A stretch of DNA of 63,664 bases from an uncultured Roseivirgaceae bacterium (GTDB lineage: Bacteria; Bacteroidota; Bacteroidia; Cytophagales; Cyclobacteriaceae). This document shows, piece by piece, positions 27,574 through 37,318 of this stretch. The DNA is taken from positions 1 to 63,664 of the forward strand of contig CAYNCU010000001.1 of the NCBI GenBank assembly GCA_964395765.1, written 5' to 3'. The notes below the pieces were generated by a model that saw only the letters and a list, made by a program, of their open reading frames with translations, was not told the DNA's origin and did no database searches. The position numbers were made by a program, and so were the translations under genes. Positions within the stretch are counted from its first letter, which is position 1. The number at the start of each line of letters is the position of its first letter.

Positions 27574-28356
27574 ATGAATTTAGCCTTTATCGGAGCGGGG
27601 AATCTGGCATGGCACCTGGCACCTGAACTTGAAAACTCCGGCCACAGTGTAAAATCAATTACCGGAAGAAGCAAAAAAAATTTGCATTTACTGGCCGAGC
27701 GATTATACAATCCTAAGGTCAAACATGATCTTGATTTTTCAGGTGATAATGTTCATGGTATTTTTATTACTACCCCCGATTCCATAGTCAAAGAGGTCGT
27801 ATCAGAAATTGTATTGCCGGAAGAATGTATACTCGTTCACTGTTCCGCCTCCTTATCCATAAATATACTGGAAGTGTCTGCATGTCCCGATATCGGTGTC
27901 TTTTACCCTCTTCAAACCTTTACCCGGGGGTATAAAACGCAGCTTAGTGATGTTCCTTTTTTTATTGAAGCCAACTCCGGAAGCACGGAGGAAACCCTGG
28001 TGCGACTGGCTAAAGGGATCAGTAAGGAGGTATACCTGCTGGATAGTGACCGCAGGAAAAAACTTCACTTAGCCGCAACTTTTGCCTCTAATTTTGTCAA
28101 TCACCTGCTCACCATTTCCAGAGCACTGATCAATGAATATGAACTTGATTTCGACCTTCTATGGCCTTTATTGAAAACCACGATACAAAAAGCCATGCAA
28201 ATGGGGCCTGAAAATGCCCAGACCGGTCCGGCCATACGACAGGATTACGAGATCATGGATTCGCATCTCGAATTGCTGAAAGACGATCCCGACCTTGAAG
28301 ATATTTATAATCTCTTATCAAAACATATTATTAAGACGTACGAAAAGCAGAAGTGA
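27574..28356 (+). CDS. Rossmann-fold NAD(P)-binding protein, DUF2520 family (ProC/ketopantoate-reductase-like)
   Basis: 260 aa with N-terminal MNLAFIGAGNLAWHL and a helical C-terminal domain. Confidence 0.6.
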   Translation: MNLAFIGAGNLAWHLAPELENSGHSVKSITGRSKKNLHLLAERLYNPKVKHDLDFSGDNVHGIFITTPDSIVKEVVSEIVLPEECILVHCSASLSINILEVSACPDIGVFYPLQTFTRGYKTQLSDVPFFIEANSGSTEETLVRLAKGISKEVYLLDSDRRKKLHLAATFASNFVNHLLTISRALINEYELDFDLLWPLLKTTIQKAMQMGPENAQTGPAIRQDYEIMDSHLELLKDDPDLEDIYNLLSKHIIKTYEKQK

Positions 28357-28359
28357 TCA

Positions 28360-28941
28360 TTACATTTCCTCTGCTTCGACAGCCTTGACTTCCGGAACCA
28401 TCATTTTGAGGAGATTTTCAATTCCGGCTTTCAGGGTAAGCAAAGAGGAGGGGCATCCGCTGCACGAACCCTGAAGTTGCACCTTCACGATGCCGTTCTC
28501 AAAGGATTGATATTGAATGGCTCCACCGTCCATCTCTACAGCAGGTTTAATATATTCATCCAGGATGGCAATGATCTTCATGTCGATTTCCGTGGAAGAT
28601 GCCGTTTCCTCTTTTACGGTTTCGTTCTTGTTATCAAGTAATGATCTTCCTGTTTCGAGGTAATTTTTAATATGGTTTTTTATCGTACCCCTGATCTCTT
28701 CCCAGTTCACCTCCGGCGATTTGGTAACCGTTACAAAATTATTCATGTAGAAAACCCGTTTCACAAAATCATACTGGAATAATTCGAAAGCAAGGGGAGC
28801 ATTTTTTGCCGCTTCGGCATCTGGAAAATCATATACTTCGCCCTCCGGCACCAACAGGTGATTAGCCACGAATTTCAGTGAGTGCGGGTTCGGGTTCGAT
28901 TCAACGTACAGGTCGGTTATCTGATTCATTGTAATTATCAA
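28360..28941 (-). CDS. NifU/Nfu family Fe-S cluster assembly protein (Nfu N-terminal domain + NifU C-terminal domain)
   Basis: 193 aa with a CxxC motif (GSCSGCPSS) in the C-terminal domain. Confidence 0.8.
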   Translation of the reverse strand: MIITMNQITDLYVESNPNPHSLKFVANHLLVPEGEVYDFPDAEAAKNAPLAFELFQYDFVKRVFYMNNFVTVTKSPEVNWEEIRGTIKNHIKNYLETGRSLLDNKNETVKEETASSTEIDMKIIAILDEYIKPAVEMDGGAIQYQSFENGIVKVQLQGSCSGCPSSLLTLKAGIENLLKMMVPEVKAVEAEEM

Positions 28942-29070
28942 TAAAGGACAAAGTTAATTAAAATCAGGGGATGAATGCATTTTATTTTAATACGGAGGGC
29001 CTGGGTCAAAAGTTATTCATTTCTGCCTATCGGGAATGGATTGCGCTTAATATTGTTCTTATTATGCTGA

Positions 29071-29922
29071 TTACAGGTTTTTCAGCTCAATGAAATAGTT
29101 TTTGAGCATATGATCGCCTAATTTTTCGCCGATCATATCCCTTGATAGTACCCTCATGAAAAATTCAACCGGGCCGTAGGTTTTGCTGCCTGTGAACGTT
29201 CTCATGAGAGATAACATGATAAAGCCGATCCATCCCGGGATAAGAAAGGTTTTGTTCTTTTTGTCCAGCACGTTGAATGCGATTTCTGCGATTTGTAAAT
29301 GGGTCAAAATTTCGGGACCACCGACAGAAATTTCATTTTTATCCGAGTGGACGGCATTCACACAAATTTTGGCGAGATCGCTGCCATGAATAGGGTTTAT
29401 TTTATGCTGACCATCGCCGATCAGAAAGACCGTACCCCTGTTAGCCATCTCGAAAAATTCGCCCATATCTGAGAAATAGCCGTTCGGGCGGATGATACAA
29501 TAGTCCATGCCCGATCCTTTCAATTCATCGACAAACTTTTCCTTGGCTTCACACATTTTTAAATCCCTCATTTGGTCCCCGTTCAGTACGGAAACATAAA
29601 TGAACTTTTTCACCTTGCTTTTCCTGGCTTCTTCCAGCAGGTTAAGATTGGCTTTGTAGTCGACATCCATATAAGTAAGGCCGTCCTTTTGCCGGGTGAT
29701 GCCAATGGAAGAAAAAACAACATCGATTCCCTGACAACTTCTTTCGAGTGAAGATTTTTCGGTGGCTTCGGCAGTAAAAATTTCATCCGCCGGTAATTTC
29801 ATATTTTTAAATTTCGATTTATTCCGCACCAGCACCCGGGTATAGTAGCCCTGTTCTTTGAATTCACGGCTTACGAAGCCGCCGAGGTAGCCCGTAGCAC
29901 CGGCGATCAGTATACGTTCCAT
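29071..29922 (-). CDS. NAD(P)H-binding SDR / NmrA-like oxidoreductase
   Basis: 283 aa with N-terminal ILIAGATGYLGG. Confidence 0.7.
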   Translation of the reverse strand: MERILIAGATGYLGGFVSREFKEQGYYTRVLVRNKSKFKNMKLPADEIFTAEATEKSSLERSCQGIDVVFSSIGITRQKDGLTYMDVDYKANLNLLEEARKSKVKKFIYVSVLNGDQMRDLKMCEAKEKFVDELKGSGMDYCIIRPNGYFSDMGEFFEMANRGTVFLIGDGQHKINPIHGSDLAKICVNAVHSDKNEISVGGPEILTHLQIAEIAFNVLDKKNKTFLIPGWIGFIMLSLMRTFTGSKTYGPVEFFMRVLSRDMIGEKLGDHMLKNYFIELKNL

Positions 29923-30004
29923 TCCACGATGAGTTAATAACCTTAGATTATAAATCTAAAGTGATAAATTTTGGATAGAAATTAAATATTATAAATTCGA
30001 TGAA

Positions 30005-30973
30005 TTATTCGTTTTGGGTATTGAAGTTGACCATCCAGTTGATGCCGTATTTATCCTGCAGGCTCCCATAATACGCGCCCCAGAACATATCCTGTAAAGG
30101 CATGGTAATTTTGCCCCCTGCCGATAAGGCATCGAAAATTCTTTTTGCTTCCGCTTTCGATTCCGGTTCTACGGATAGGTGCATGTTATTTCCTATTTCC
30201 ACTGTAAAGCCCATTTCTTTCGGTGCATCGGTTCCCATCAGGATGTGATTCCCTGTTATGGGAAGTTCAACGTGAAGGATCATCTTTTTTACCGGCTCGG
30301 CAACCGGAGGATGATTGGCATCGGGTGGAATGTCTCCAAAGCGTTGAAGCCCTCCGTTGAACTCCGTACGAAATACCGATTTGTAAAACAGGAAAGCCTC
30401 TTCAGTATTGCCCGGGAAATTAAGATAAGTACAGACCCTGGCCTGATTATCCGTACGTAATTCACTCCGGAGTTTAAATTGTGATTCGATATACTGGTCA
30501 AGGTTTTCCATTGCGGCGGTGAATCCTTCCCTGAAGCCCATCTGTATTATCTGTTCAAGAGAAGTCAACTCCTTGTATTCCAATAAAATGTTAACCAGGG
30601 TTTTCCCTTCTTTTTCGTTGAATGAAACGGTCCATAGCGTCCGCGGAAGCTGAGGGTTGATGTTTCCGTTTTCATCGCAAAAGGCATCCAGGCCGGTGAA
30701 TAATTTCAGGTTTTCAATTTTTTTATAATCGGCCCTGCTCCAATGAGTTGTGTTGTCAGGTCCTATCATTGCGTAAAGCCAGGAGCCACCAACCCTGAAA
30801 TCCATGGATTTTGTTTTGGTTTTAAAAGGTTTGGGAGCCCACCAATGATCGAGTAATTCCGGTTTAGTCCATGCATCCCAGACTAATTGCAGGCCGGCGT
30901 TGAATTCCCGTTTTACGGAAATGGTTTTCTTTTCCCTGTTTACAGAGAAATCAAACAGGAGGTTACTGTTCAT
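30005..30973 (-). CDS. Fusion protein: SRPBCC (AHSA1-like) domain + VOC/PhnB-like domain
   Basis: 322 aa. The N-terminal half (VWDAWTKPELLDHWWAPKPF) is AHSA1/SRPBCC-like. The C-terminal half (MFWGAYYGSLQDKYGINWMVN) is PhnB/glyoxalase-fold-like. Confidence 0.65.
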   Translation of the reverse strand: MNSNLLFDFSVNREKKTISVKREFNAGLQLVWDAWTKPELLDHWWAPKPFKTKTKSMDFRVGGSWLYAMIGPDNTTHWSRADYKKIENLKLFTGLDAFCDENGNINPQLPRTLWTVSFNEKEGKTLVNILLEYKELTSLEQIIQMGFREGFTAAMENLDQYIESQFKLRSELRTDNQARVCTYLNFPGNTEEAFLFYKSVFRTEFNGGLQRFGDIPPDANHPPVAEPVKKMILHVELPITGNHILMGTDAPKEMGFTVEIGNNMHLSVEPESKAEAKRIFDALSAGGKITMPLQDMFWGAYYGSLQDKYGINWMVNFNTQNE

Positions 30974-31295
30974 TTTTGTCGGTTTTTATTTTGGTTAATA
31001 AATTATCCAATTCATTAAAACGGCCTACCCAGATCTTCCTGAACTGTTCTAGCCATCGGTCTATTTCTATCATTTTGTTCACGTCAAGCAGGTAGAAAAT
31101 TTCCCGGCCCTGTTGTTCCTTTTTTAAAAGATTACATTCGGTTAGAACCTGTAAATGTTTGGATACTGCCTGGCGGGAAGAGTTAAAGTGTTCGGCAATG
31201 GCATTAGGCGTCATGGCCTGTATGGCGATCAGGGCGATAATGGCCCTTCTCGTGGGGTCGGCGATAGCCTGAAATGTATCTCTTCTGATTTTCAT
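30963..31295 (-). CDS. ArsR/SmtB family transcriptional regulator
   Basis: 110 aa with a winged-HTH pattern (FQAIADPTRRAIIALIA ... AIAEHFNSSRQAVSKHLQVL). Overlaps the downstream SRPBCC gene by 11 nt. Confidence 0.85.
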   Translation of the reverse strand: MKIRRDTFQAIADPTRRAIIALIAIQAMTPNAIAEHFNSSRQAVSKHLQVLTECNLLKKEQQGREIFYLLDVNKMIEIDRWLEQFRKIWVGRFNELDNLLTKIKTDKNEQ

Positions 31296-31303
31296 AGTCT
31301 TTT

Positions 31304-31352
31304 ATTTGCAACCAAATGATTGCAAATATATGCGCAACTATACGGTTGCGCA
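31304..31352. promoter_or_regulatory. Two adjacent perfect palindromes, candidate ArsR-family operators
   Basis: ATTTGCAA-n8-TTGCAAAT (31304-31327) and TGCGCAAC-n6-GTTGCGCA (31331-31352), 9-57 nt upstream of the arsR-family start codon. Confidence 0.55.
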
Positions 31353-31369
31353 AGACATTTTTGAAATAT

Positions 31370-31627
31370 TTATTCCGGTTTATTTTTCAGATAAGGCTTA
31401 CCGTAGGTTTTGCATTCGGATTTGGAAAGCGAATGTATTTTAAACCACCGGAAAACAAAGCAGGATGCAGTAATGGACATGTAAAATGGCATTAAAGAGA
31501 CCAGCGCCACGAGGATACCCAAAAGGTTGCCGTTCAATCCTTTCAAAACAAACAATCCCAGCCAGACCAGGATAAATCCCAGTAAAAATCTCAACACGCG
31601 GTCGATTATGCCGACATTCCTGATCAT
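31370..31627 (-). CDS. DUF2892 (YgaP-like) small membrane protein
   Basis: 85 aa with an IDRVLRFLLG motif and two TM helices. Confidence 0.6.
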   Translation of the reverse strand: MIRNVGIIDRVLRFLLGFILVWLGLFVLKGLNGNLLGILVALVSLMPFYMSITASCFVFRWFKIHSLSKSECKTYGKPYLKNKPE

Positions 31628-31735
31628 TTGAATTTAATTTTAATTCTTCCGTTTAAAGGTGATTCATGAGAAGGCTTTATCAACAGCCTCTTTAACTAGC
31701 TTTAAAGATAAATTAATAATACTCATTAATATAAT

Positions 31736-32593
31736 TTATTTTCTCCAACTGGCTATTAAGAAATTATTTTTTCGTCTGGCCAGCCATAAAAACAACAGGC
31801 TTACAGCAAGACTGATAAGAAGCCCTTGCAGCGAATTCTGAGGGCCCGTGGTGCCACCGGTTATTATTGCCGGGCCGGAAAATTTCCCATCGAAGAGGTT
31901 TTTCCCAATTGATATTCCCGGGTTGATCCCGCCGAAAATGCCGGGCTCGGCAAAGTCCCAGGCAAAATGCAGGAATATGGGGAACCATAGTTTTCGGGCA
32001 TAAACGTATGATGCCGGAAGCAATAATCCTGCTTCCACCCCAGTGGCTATAATTGAAAGCATTGTTGCTCCTTTAGCATTGATATGAAGGAGGGCAAATA
32101 ATACGGTTGTTAAAATCAAAGTAATCAAGGTGCCGAATTTTTCTTCAGCCAGGCGGAAAAAAACGCCAACGATAAGGATCTCGGCCACAAAGCCGGAAGT
32201 GAGCGATTGCGTAAATCCGGGAAGAAGGTAAGTGACTGGATTAATTTTGGTAATCGTATAATAACCGGGTAAATAAATAATGAATATAAAAAGTGATTGT
32301 AAAAGTAAGCCGGTTAAAAAACCTATAGCTGCATTTTTACTCAATGAAGAAATGTTCAATTCGTCAATTTTTCTTTTTTCTAAAAGTTTAAAAAGAAAGA
32401 CATAACCGGTTATGGCGACTGCCGCATCGGCGATTGCAAAAATGATATCCTTTATGTCAGTAGCAAGTTCTCCGTTTACCGGGATAAGATTCCTGATTTG
32501 CTCAACCACCACGACCAGCCCGACTACCAGGACAATGCCGATAATGATTTTTGAAATAAAAAAATTTATAACTTTTTGCAGAATAGCCATCAT
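31736..32593 (-). CDS. CPBP family intramembrane glutamic endopeptidase (CAAX protease-like)
   Basis: 285 aa polytopic protein with an EE..F and LFALLH / HFAWDF motif pattern. Confidence 0.7.
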   Translation of the reverse strand: MMAILQKVINFFISKIIIGIVLVVGLVVVVEQIRNLIPVNGELATDIKDIIFAIADAAVAITGYVFLFKLLEKRKIDELNISSLSKNAAIGFLTGLLLQSLFIFIIYLPGYYTITKINPVTYLLPGFTQSLTSGFVAEILIVGVFFRLAEEKFGTLITLILTTVLFALLHINAKGATMLSIIATGVEAGLLLPASYVYARKLWFPIFLHFAWDFAEPGIFGGINPGISIGKNLFDGKFSGPAIITGGTTGPQNSLQGLLISLAVSLLFLWLARRKNNFLIASWRK

Positions 32594-32706
32594 GATCTTT
32601 CCGGAGGGGCAAATGCCGTAATCCCAAATATAGCTTAACTATTTTTTTTTATATAGAATAAATACTTCTCTGATGTAAACTTATTATTGACGGAGACGCC
32701 GAATCT

Positions 32707-33807
32707 TTACGCCATTTTTCGTAACAGTTTCCTGAAATCATAAAGATGGGTGGCCGTTTCACGTACCAATCGTTGGGCAGCAAGTCCATGGCTGAGATCA
32801 GGCACGAAGGAACCGCGGCTGTCACCGGTAAGAAAAATATAATGGGCATGGACCATGGCCCGCAGCCATCCGGCCGGAACATGCCCTGACGGGAAACTGG
32901 TAACAGGAGAGAAATCACTCCCGACCGGTTTTTTCACCCACTGCCTATCTTTTTCCAGGTAATATTCGAAATAGTCGGGCTGTGAAGAATTATACCGCAA
33001 GGTTCCTTTTTCTGCAAATATTTCCAATTGGATCATGTCGCCGGTGCCGGAGCTGATCCTACTGGCCGACATATGTCCAGTCGCTTTCGTGGTCGGATCC
33101 CAGAGCGTAATGGAGCTGAAGAGGTCAGAGTCTTCCGGCACATCTTCGAAGGAACCTCCCTGAATGGCATGCAGGATCTGCAACTCTTCATTGAAGAAGG
33201 CAATCAGCAGGCTGATGCCGTGGGAACCGAGGTCGGCCATTGCCCCGCCATCGGGGGCCGGGGTTAGGCGTGATTTCCGTTTGTCACGATATGATTGCTG
33301 GAGATAATCGCCGTGGTAATATTTTAAATCGAAATGAATGGGTTTACCGAAAATGCCGGTTTTCCATAACTCCAGCGCCTCTCGGACGGTGGAGGTCTGC
33401 AGGTACTGGAAGCCCACCTGGATTTTAGTATCTGCCGGTAAGGAAGTGAGCATCTCTCGAATCCGGTTCTCTTCTTCAAGGGAAGCACAAACTGGTTTCT
33501 CGAGGTAGATGCGTTTTACTTCCGGCATGTCCAATGCCATTTTTAAATGATCAAAATGCACATGATTCGGTCCAATGATAAAAACCGTATCGATATTTTT
33601 ATTTTTTATGAATGCCCCGGGGTCCTGTGCCTGTTGGAAGCCATATCGAGCGGCAAATTTTTCCCTGGAGGCCGGTGATTTTGAGGTGACTGATGCGAAT
33701 TCCAATGCCGGCACTTCATCGTAATAAAATTTCAATGCATTCAGGGAATAAGCATGTGCCCGGGCAATTCCTCCTGAGCCTATAAAACCTATATCGATAG
33801 CTTTCAT
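32707..33807 (-). CDS. Gfo/Idh/MocA family oxidoreductase
   Basis: 366 aa with N-terminal Rossmann IGFIGSGGIARAHA and an EKP motif (YLEKPV). Confidence 0.8.
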   Translation of the reverse strand: MKAIDIGFIGSGGIARAHAYSLNALKFYYDEVPALEFASVTSKSPASREKFAARYGFQQAQDPGAFIKNKNIDTVFIIGPNHVHFDHLKMALDMPEVKRIYLEKPVCASLEEENRIREMLTSLPADTKIQVGFQYLQTSTVREALELWKTGIFGKPIHFDLKYYHGDYLQQSYRDKRKSRLTPAPDGGAMADLGSHGISLLIAFFNEELQILHAIQGGSFEDVPEDSDLFSSITLWDPTTKATGHMSASRISSGTGDMIQLEIFAEKGTLRYNSSQPDYFEYYLEKDRQWVKKPVGSDFSPVTSFPSGHVPAGWLRAMVHAHYIFLTGDSRGSFVPDLSHGLAAQRLVRETATHLYDFRKLLRKMA

Positions 33808-33922
33808 AAGGGTAATTCATTTATGATTTGTTAAGAAATGTATTTCCTGAATTAAGCAGTTAAAATTAAAGAATAATATTTTTAACAGTATGGTAAATAA
33901 CCCGGCAACAAAAGTAATTAGC

Positions 33923-34645
33923 TCATGTACCGAAGCTGACTTTCCTTCCGCGAATCAAAAGCCAGAACATCAGGATCACTTCCCCGATAAAGGTAAACAT
34001 AGCCACACCGGCATGATAATCCGGCGATATAATTCTTCCGATACCATCGGTCATATATCCAAGCCCGGCGATAACCAGGAGCACACCCAGGTACCGGGGT
34101 GCATAGCCGGAACGGTAAACGAGATAACCGAGCGTCAGCAGGTGTATACCAAAAATTATCAAACCCATCTGCCATCCCATGGAAAAATCCTGAATTGAAA
34201 GCATTACCCGGGCATGCAACTGCCCAGCTTCATAAACGGATAAATAGTCAGCGCCGCCCAGAAGTTGTAAAACTTCGATCAGGTAAATCAGTATGACGGC
34301 AAGTAATGTTGCATAGACCACCCGGAACCAGGCGGTGAGCAATGACAGGGATCTATTTACCGGTTTTAAGAAGACATATAATGCCCATGCAACAATCACA
34401 TCAAGAATTGCCACAATAAGAAAAATGCAAATACCTATGCGAAACAATCCTTCCGAAGCGATAATATTATCCACGGTCTCCGTTGCGTTACCGGGGACAA
34501 CCAATTTCCCGAGAACTGAAAAATTTGCAATCGGACCCAGGAAGGTCATCAGGATAAGTGCAATACCTGCGATTACGGCGGCTTTCCCGGGAGAAATATC
34601 ATCAAGATTTTCTGTTATGGGCAGTTTATTCCTGTTATTTTCCAT
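33923..34645 (-). CDS. DUF4386 domain-containing membrane protein
   Basis: 240 aa with about 6 TM helices and N-terminal region AAVIAGIALILMTFLGPIANF. Confidence 0.5.
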   Translation of the reverse strand: MENNRNKLPITENLDDISPGKAAVIAGIALILMTFLGPIANFSVLGKLVVPGNATETVDNIIASEGLFRIGICIFLIVAILDVIVAWALYVFLKPVNRSLSLLTAWFRVVYATLLAVILIYLIEVLQLLGGADYLSVYEAGQLHARVMLSIQDFSMGWQMGLIIFGIHLLTLGYLVYRSGYAPRYLGVLLVIAGLGYMTDGIGRIISPDYHAGVAMFTFIGEVILMFWLLIRGRKVSFGT

Positions 34646-34791
34646 GTTGTTATTTTTTTATCAGAGAGTCTGGTTTTAATTCTTCAAAAATAGAATTCAC
34701 GTGCTCTAATCCAAATTAAAAAACTCTTAATTCAAAAAATGCAACTGATGCGTCTTGAATATTCTATAAGCTTAAAAAAAAATAAATCCTG

Positions 34792-36324
34792 CTACATCCA
34801 CCCTTCCATCTTCAGGAAGTTGATCAACCGGGGATCGTCAGCCGACAAGGGCGGAAGCCAGAGGCTCACATGGTCACGGGTCCACCAGTTACCCCCCGGA
34901 TTTCCGGGTTTGGCAAAACTATACCGGTACATTACGGCCCGGATATAATGAGGGGGCCTGCCGGGAAAAGGATTGGAGGCAAACAATCTCACTGCCCCGG
35001 GGTCATTATGCAGGAGCTTCCAGATAAGATTCAATGTCCATGGATATTGCGAAGGGGACGACATGGAAGCAAACCACATCTGCCAGTCGAGATGAAGTTG
35101 ATAAGGGGCTATTTGCGGCGGGCGTTTATCGAGGAGCACTGGCAGCCCTTTATAAATATAAGGTTTCCAGTTCGCGTTGTCGGTGGAATCGTTATCCGAA
35201 GTTCCTTCGAACACCACATTCCAGCGGTCCTTTCCTACACTCCCGAAGGCGCCATAGGTATTCACGAGGTCGAGCGGATCAAAAGAAGTGTTCATGATCT
35301 GCCGCGGCGACAAAAGGTTCACCACGGGCTGAATGCTTAAAACCGCTACCAGTGCCGTAACCACCCAGGCCGTGACGATCATTGATTTTGATTCTTCAGC
35401 CCGGTCGCGGGCAATTTCCGCTTTACGGACCAGAAATCGGGGAAGTAGTTTCGACCAGAAGCGGTCATCGAAGCAAGCCAGCGCCGGAATGATGGTGAGC
35501 CAGTTCAGGAAGGACAGGTTTCCGCTCAGGATCAGGGTAACCTGGAACGAAAGGATGATCACGCCGGCCATGTGCCGGCCTAATCTTGGCCAGAAAACAA
35601 AGAAAGGTGAAACCACCTCCGCCAGCCAGTTAAACCAGACCCCGGCCCTGAGTAAAATGCGAGGGAGAAAATTAAACCACCGGCTTAATGGCCCGGGAAT
35701 CGGTTGTGTCTCGAAATGATAATAAAGGGCGGTGGCTTTCCGCCATACCTCGTCCCCACGAAGTTTGATTAAGCCGGCACCCAGCTGGATGCGGAAGATG
35801 AGCCAGCGGAAGAGGATGATGATGGGTAGTGGCGCTTCCCGTTTCGGAAATGGACGCATATCGAGCAGCGGACATAGAAAGATCGCAAGAAAGCCGGTCT
35901 CGATAAGCTGGATCTCCCAGCCATAGCCGTACCATCCCTGTCCGATATGAACGATGGACATGTAAAGGATCCATAACACGGTTAGAAGAGGAGCATTGGC
36001 AAAGCCGGCCACTACAATAAGGGATAGCAGAAAACCTATCCATGAAATGGTCAGAAGAGCGGTATCGGAGTGCCAGAACCAGAACAGGGAAGGCAGCCTG
36101 AAAAAGGAAGTTAACTTCGAGCCGAGGGCATTGGTTATTTCGTTCAGGTAGATTCCGAGTGGTGTCAGACCGTGAGAGCCTATTAAGGGAACGAGCTCTT
36201 CCACGGCAACGATAAAGGCGACGGCATAAACAATACCCAGCAGGCGCAGGATCATGAAACGGGTGAGCCAGTAGGTCGGAGGTTTATTGCTTCCCTGAAG
36301 AACTCCATTAAAATTAAATTTCAT
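34792..36324 (-). CDS. Lipase maturation factor (LMF1-like / HTTM-related) family membrane protein
   Basis: 510 aa polytopic protein. YWLTRFMILRLLGIVYAVAFIV ... LIGSHGLTP N-terminus and a C-terminal Trp-rich soluble part are typical of bacterial LMF-family proteins. Confidence 0.65.
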   Translation of the reverse strand: MKFNFNGVLQGSNKPPTYWLTRFMILRLLGIVYAVAFIVAVEELVPLIGSHGLTPLGIYLNEITNALGSKLTSFFRLPSLFWFWHSDTALLTISWIGFLLSLIVVAGFANAPLLTVLWILYMSIVHIGQGWYGYGWEIQLIETGFLAIFLCPLLDMRPFPKREAPLPIIILFRWLIFRIQLGAGLIKLRGDEVWRKATALYYHFETQPIPGPLSRWFNFLPRILLRAGVWFNWLAEVVSPFFVFWPRLGRHMAGVIILSFQVTLILSGNLSFLNWLTIIPALACFDDRFWSKLLPRFLVRKAEIARDRAEESKSMIVTAWVVTALVAVLSIQPVVNLLSPRQIMNTSFDPLDLVNTYGAFGSVGKDRWNVVFEGTSDNDSTDNANWKPYIYKGLPVLLDKRPPQIAPYQLHLDWQMWFASMSSPSQYPWTLNLIWKLLHNDPGAVRLFASNPFPGRPPHYIRAVMYRYSFAKPGNPGGNWWTRDHVSLWLPPLSADDPRLINFLKMEGWM

Positions 36325-36336
36325 TATGCTCTACCT

Positions 36337-36828
36337 TTATTCCTTCCATCGCTTGACATAAATTTCCCTGACCACTTTGTCATCCGCCAGTGCCTGCTGT
36401 ATGATCAAATCGGGAGTTTTAAATTCAAAACGCCATTTAAATTTTGCATTACCGGTATTTGTAACTACTATTTCGCCGGCGGTTTCCGAGGTGAAGAAAG
36501 CATAACAGATTTCAAGTACAGAAGAAGACCGGATAAGTTCAGCCATGATATACCGGTCGGATTTTTTATCATAGCCATACAATTGCACGGTAGAATCAAG
36601 AGTTAAACCTTTGGCGACAATCCGGCTGGCAGATATTGTCCCTGTTCCAAACGGGGTATTTGTAATGAAAAGCATTGTGTCTTTTTCCAATTCGCACTTC
36701 CAGTTACCAAGAAATTTCTTCATTAATTTGACCTGGTTAAGGGTGGGTTTTACCGACTGACATTGAATTGCGCCGATATCCATTGAAACGAATAATAGAA
36801 TCAGCAGATATTTATCAGAATTTTTCAT
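36337..36828 (-). CDS. Hypothetical secreted protein (small beta-rich, possibly DUF1579/lipocalin-like)
   Basis: 163 aa with signal peptide. The stop is 12 nt before the LMF-like gene start. Confidence 0.45.
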   Translation of the reverse strand: MKNSDKYLLILLFVSMDIGAIQCQSVKPTLNQVKLMKKFLGNWKCELEKDTMLFITNTPFGTGTISASRIVAKGLTLDSTVQLYGYDKKSDRYIMAELIRSSSVLEICYAFFTSETAGEIVVTNTGNAKFKWRFEFKTPDLIIQQALADDKVVREIYVKRWKE

Positions 36829-37318
36829 GGTGCGAATTTCTTATTTGTGGGTGATTGGCATCGTAATAAATTTAATGGACTGAAAATAGGCAACAAATAA
36901 TCCAATTCAAATTATTTTTACTTTCAAGCGAACAGGATTTTAACCGCAGATCGTTCCGAGGTCGCAAAGACATCGTAGTGTTAAATTTTTATAAATTATT
37001 ATTAGAAGATTGTTATTTTCTTTGAAAAACCTAAGCGTCCCAAACGTACATACGGATAACTAAAAAAATATTTATAATCAGATTCTCTGAAAGTCGGCTT
37101 TGATTTATCCGATTCTTTCGTATCTTATGTAAAATTAACTAAATCACATTTTTCCGACGATTCAAGGGCTTTTGATTTAAAAAATCAAATATTTTTTATA
37201 GGACCGGACAATTTTCTGACTTTCATTTAGAGCCTGTTTTTTTTAATAAACCTGAACCGAAATACTTTATTAAGAATCTTAATCTATAATTATCATTAAA
37301 AATTCCGGAGGAACAACT

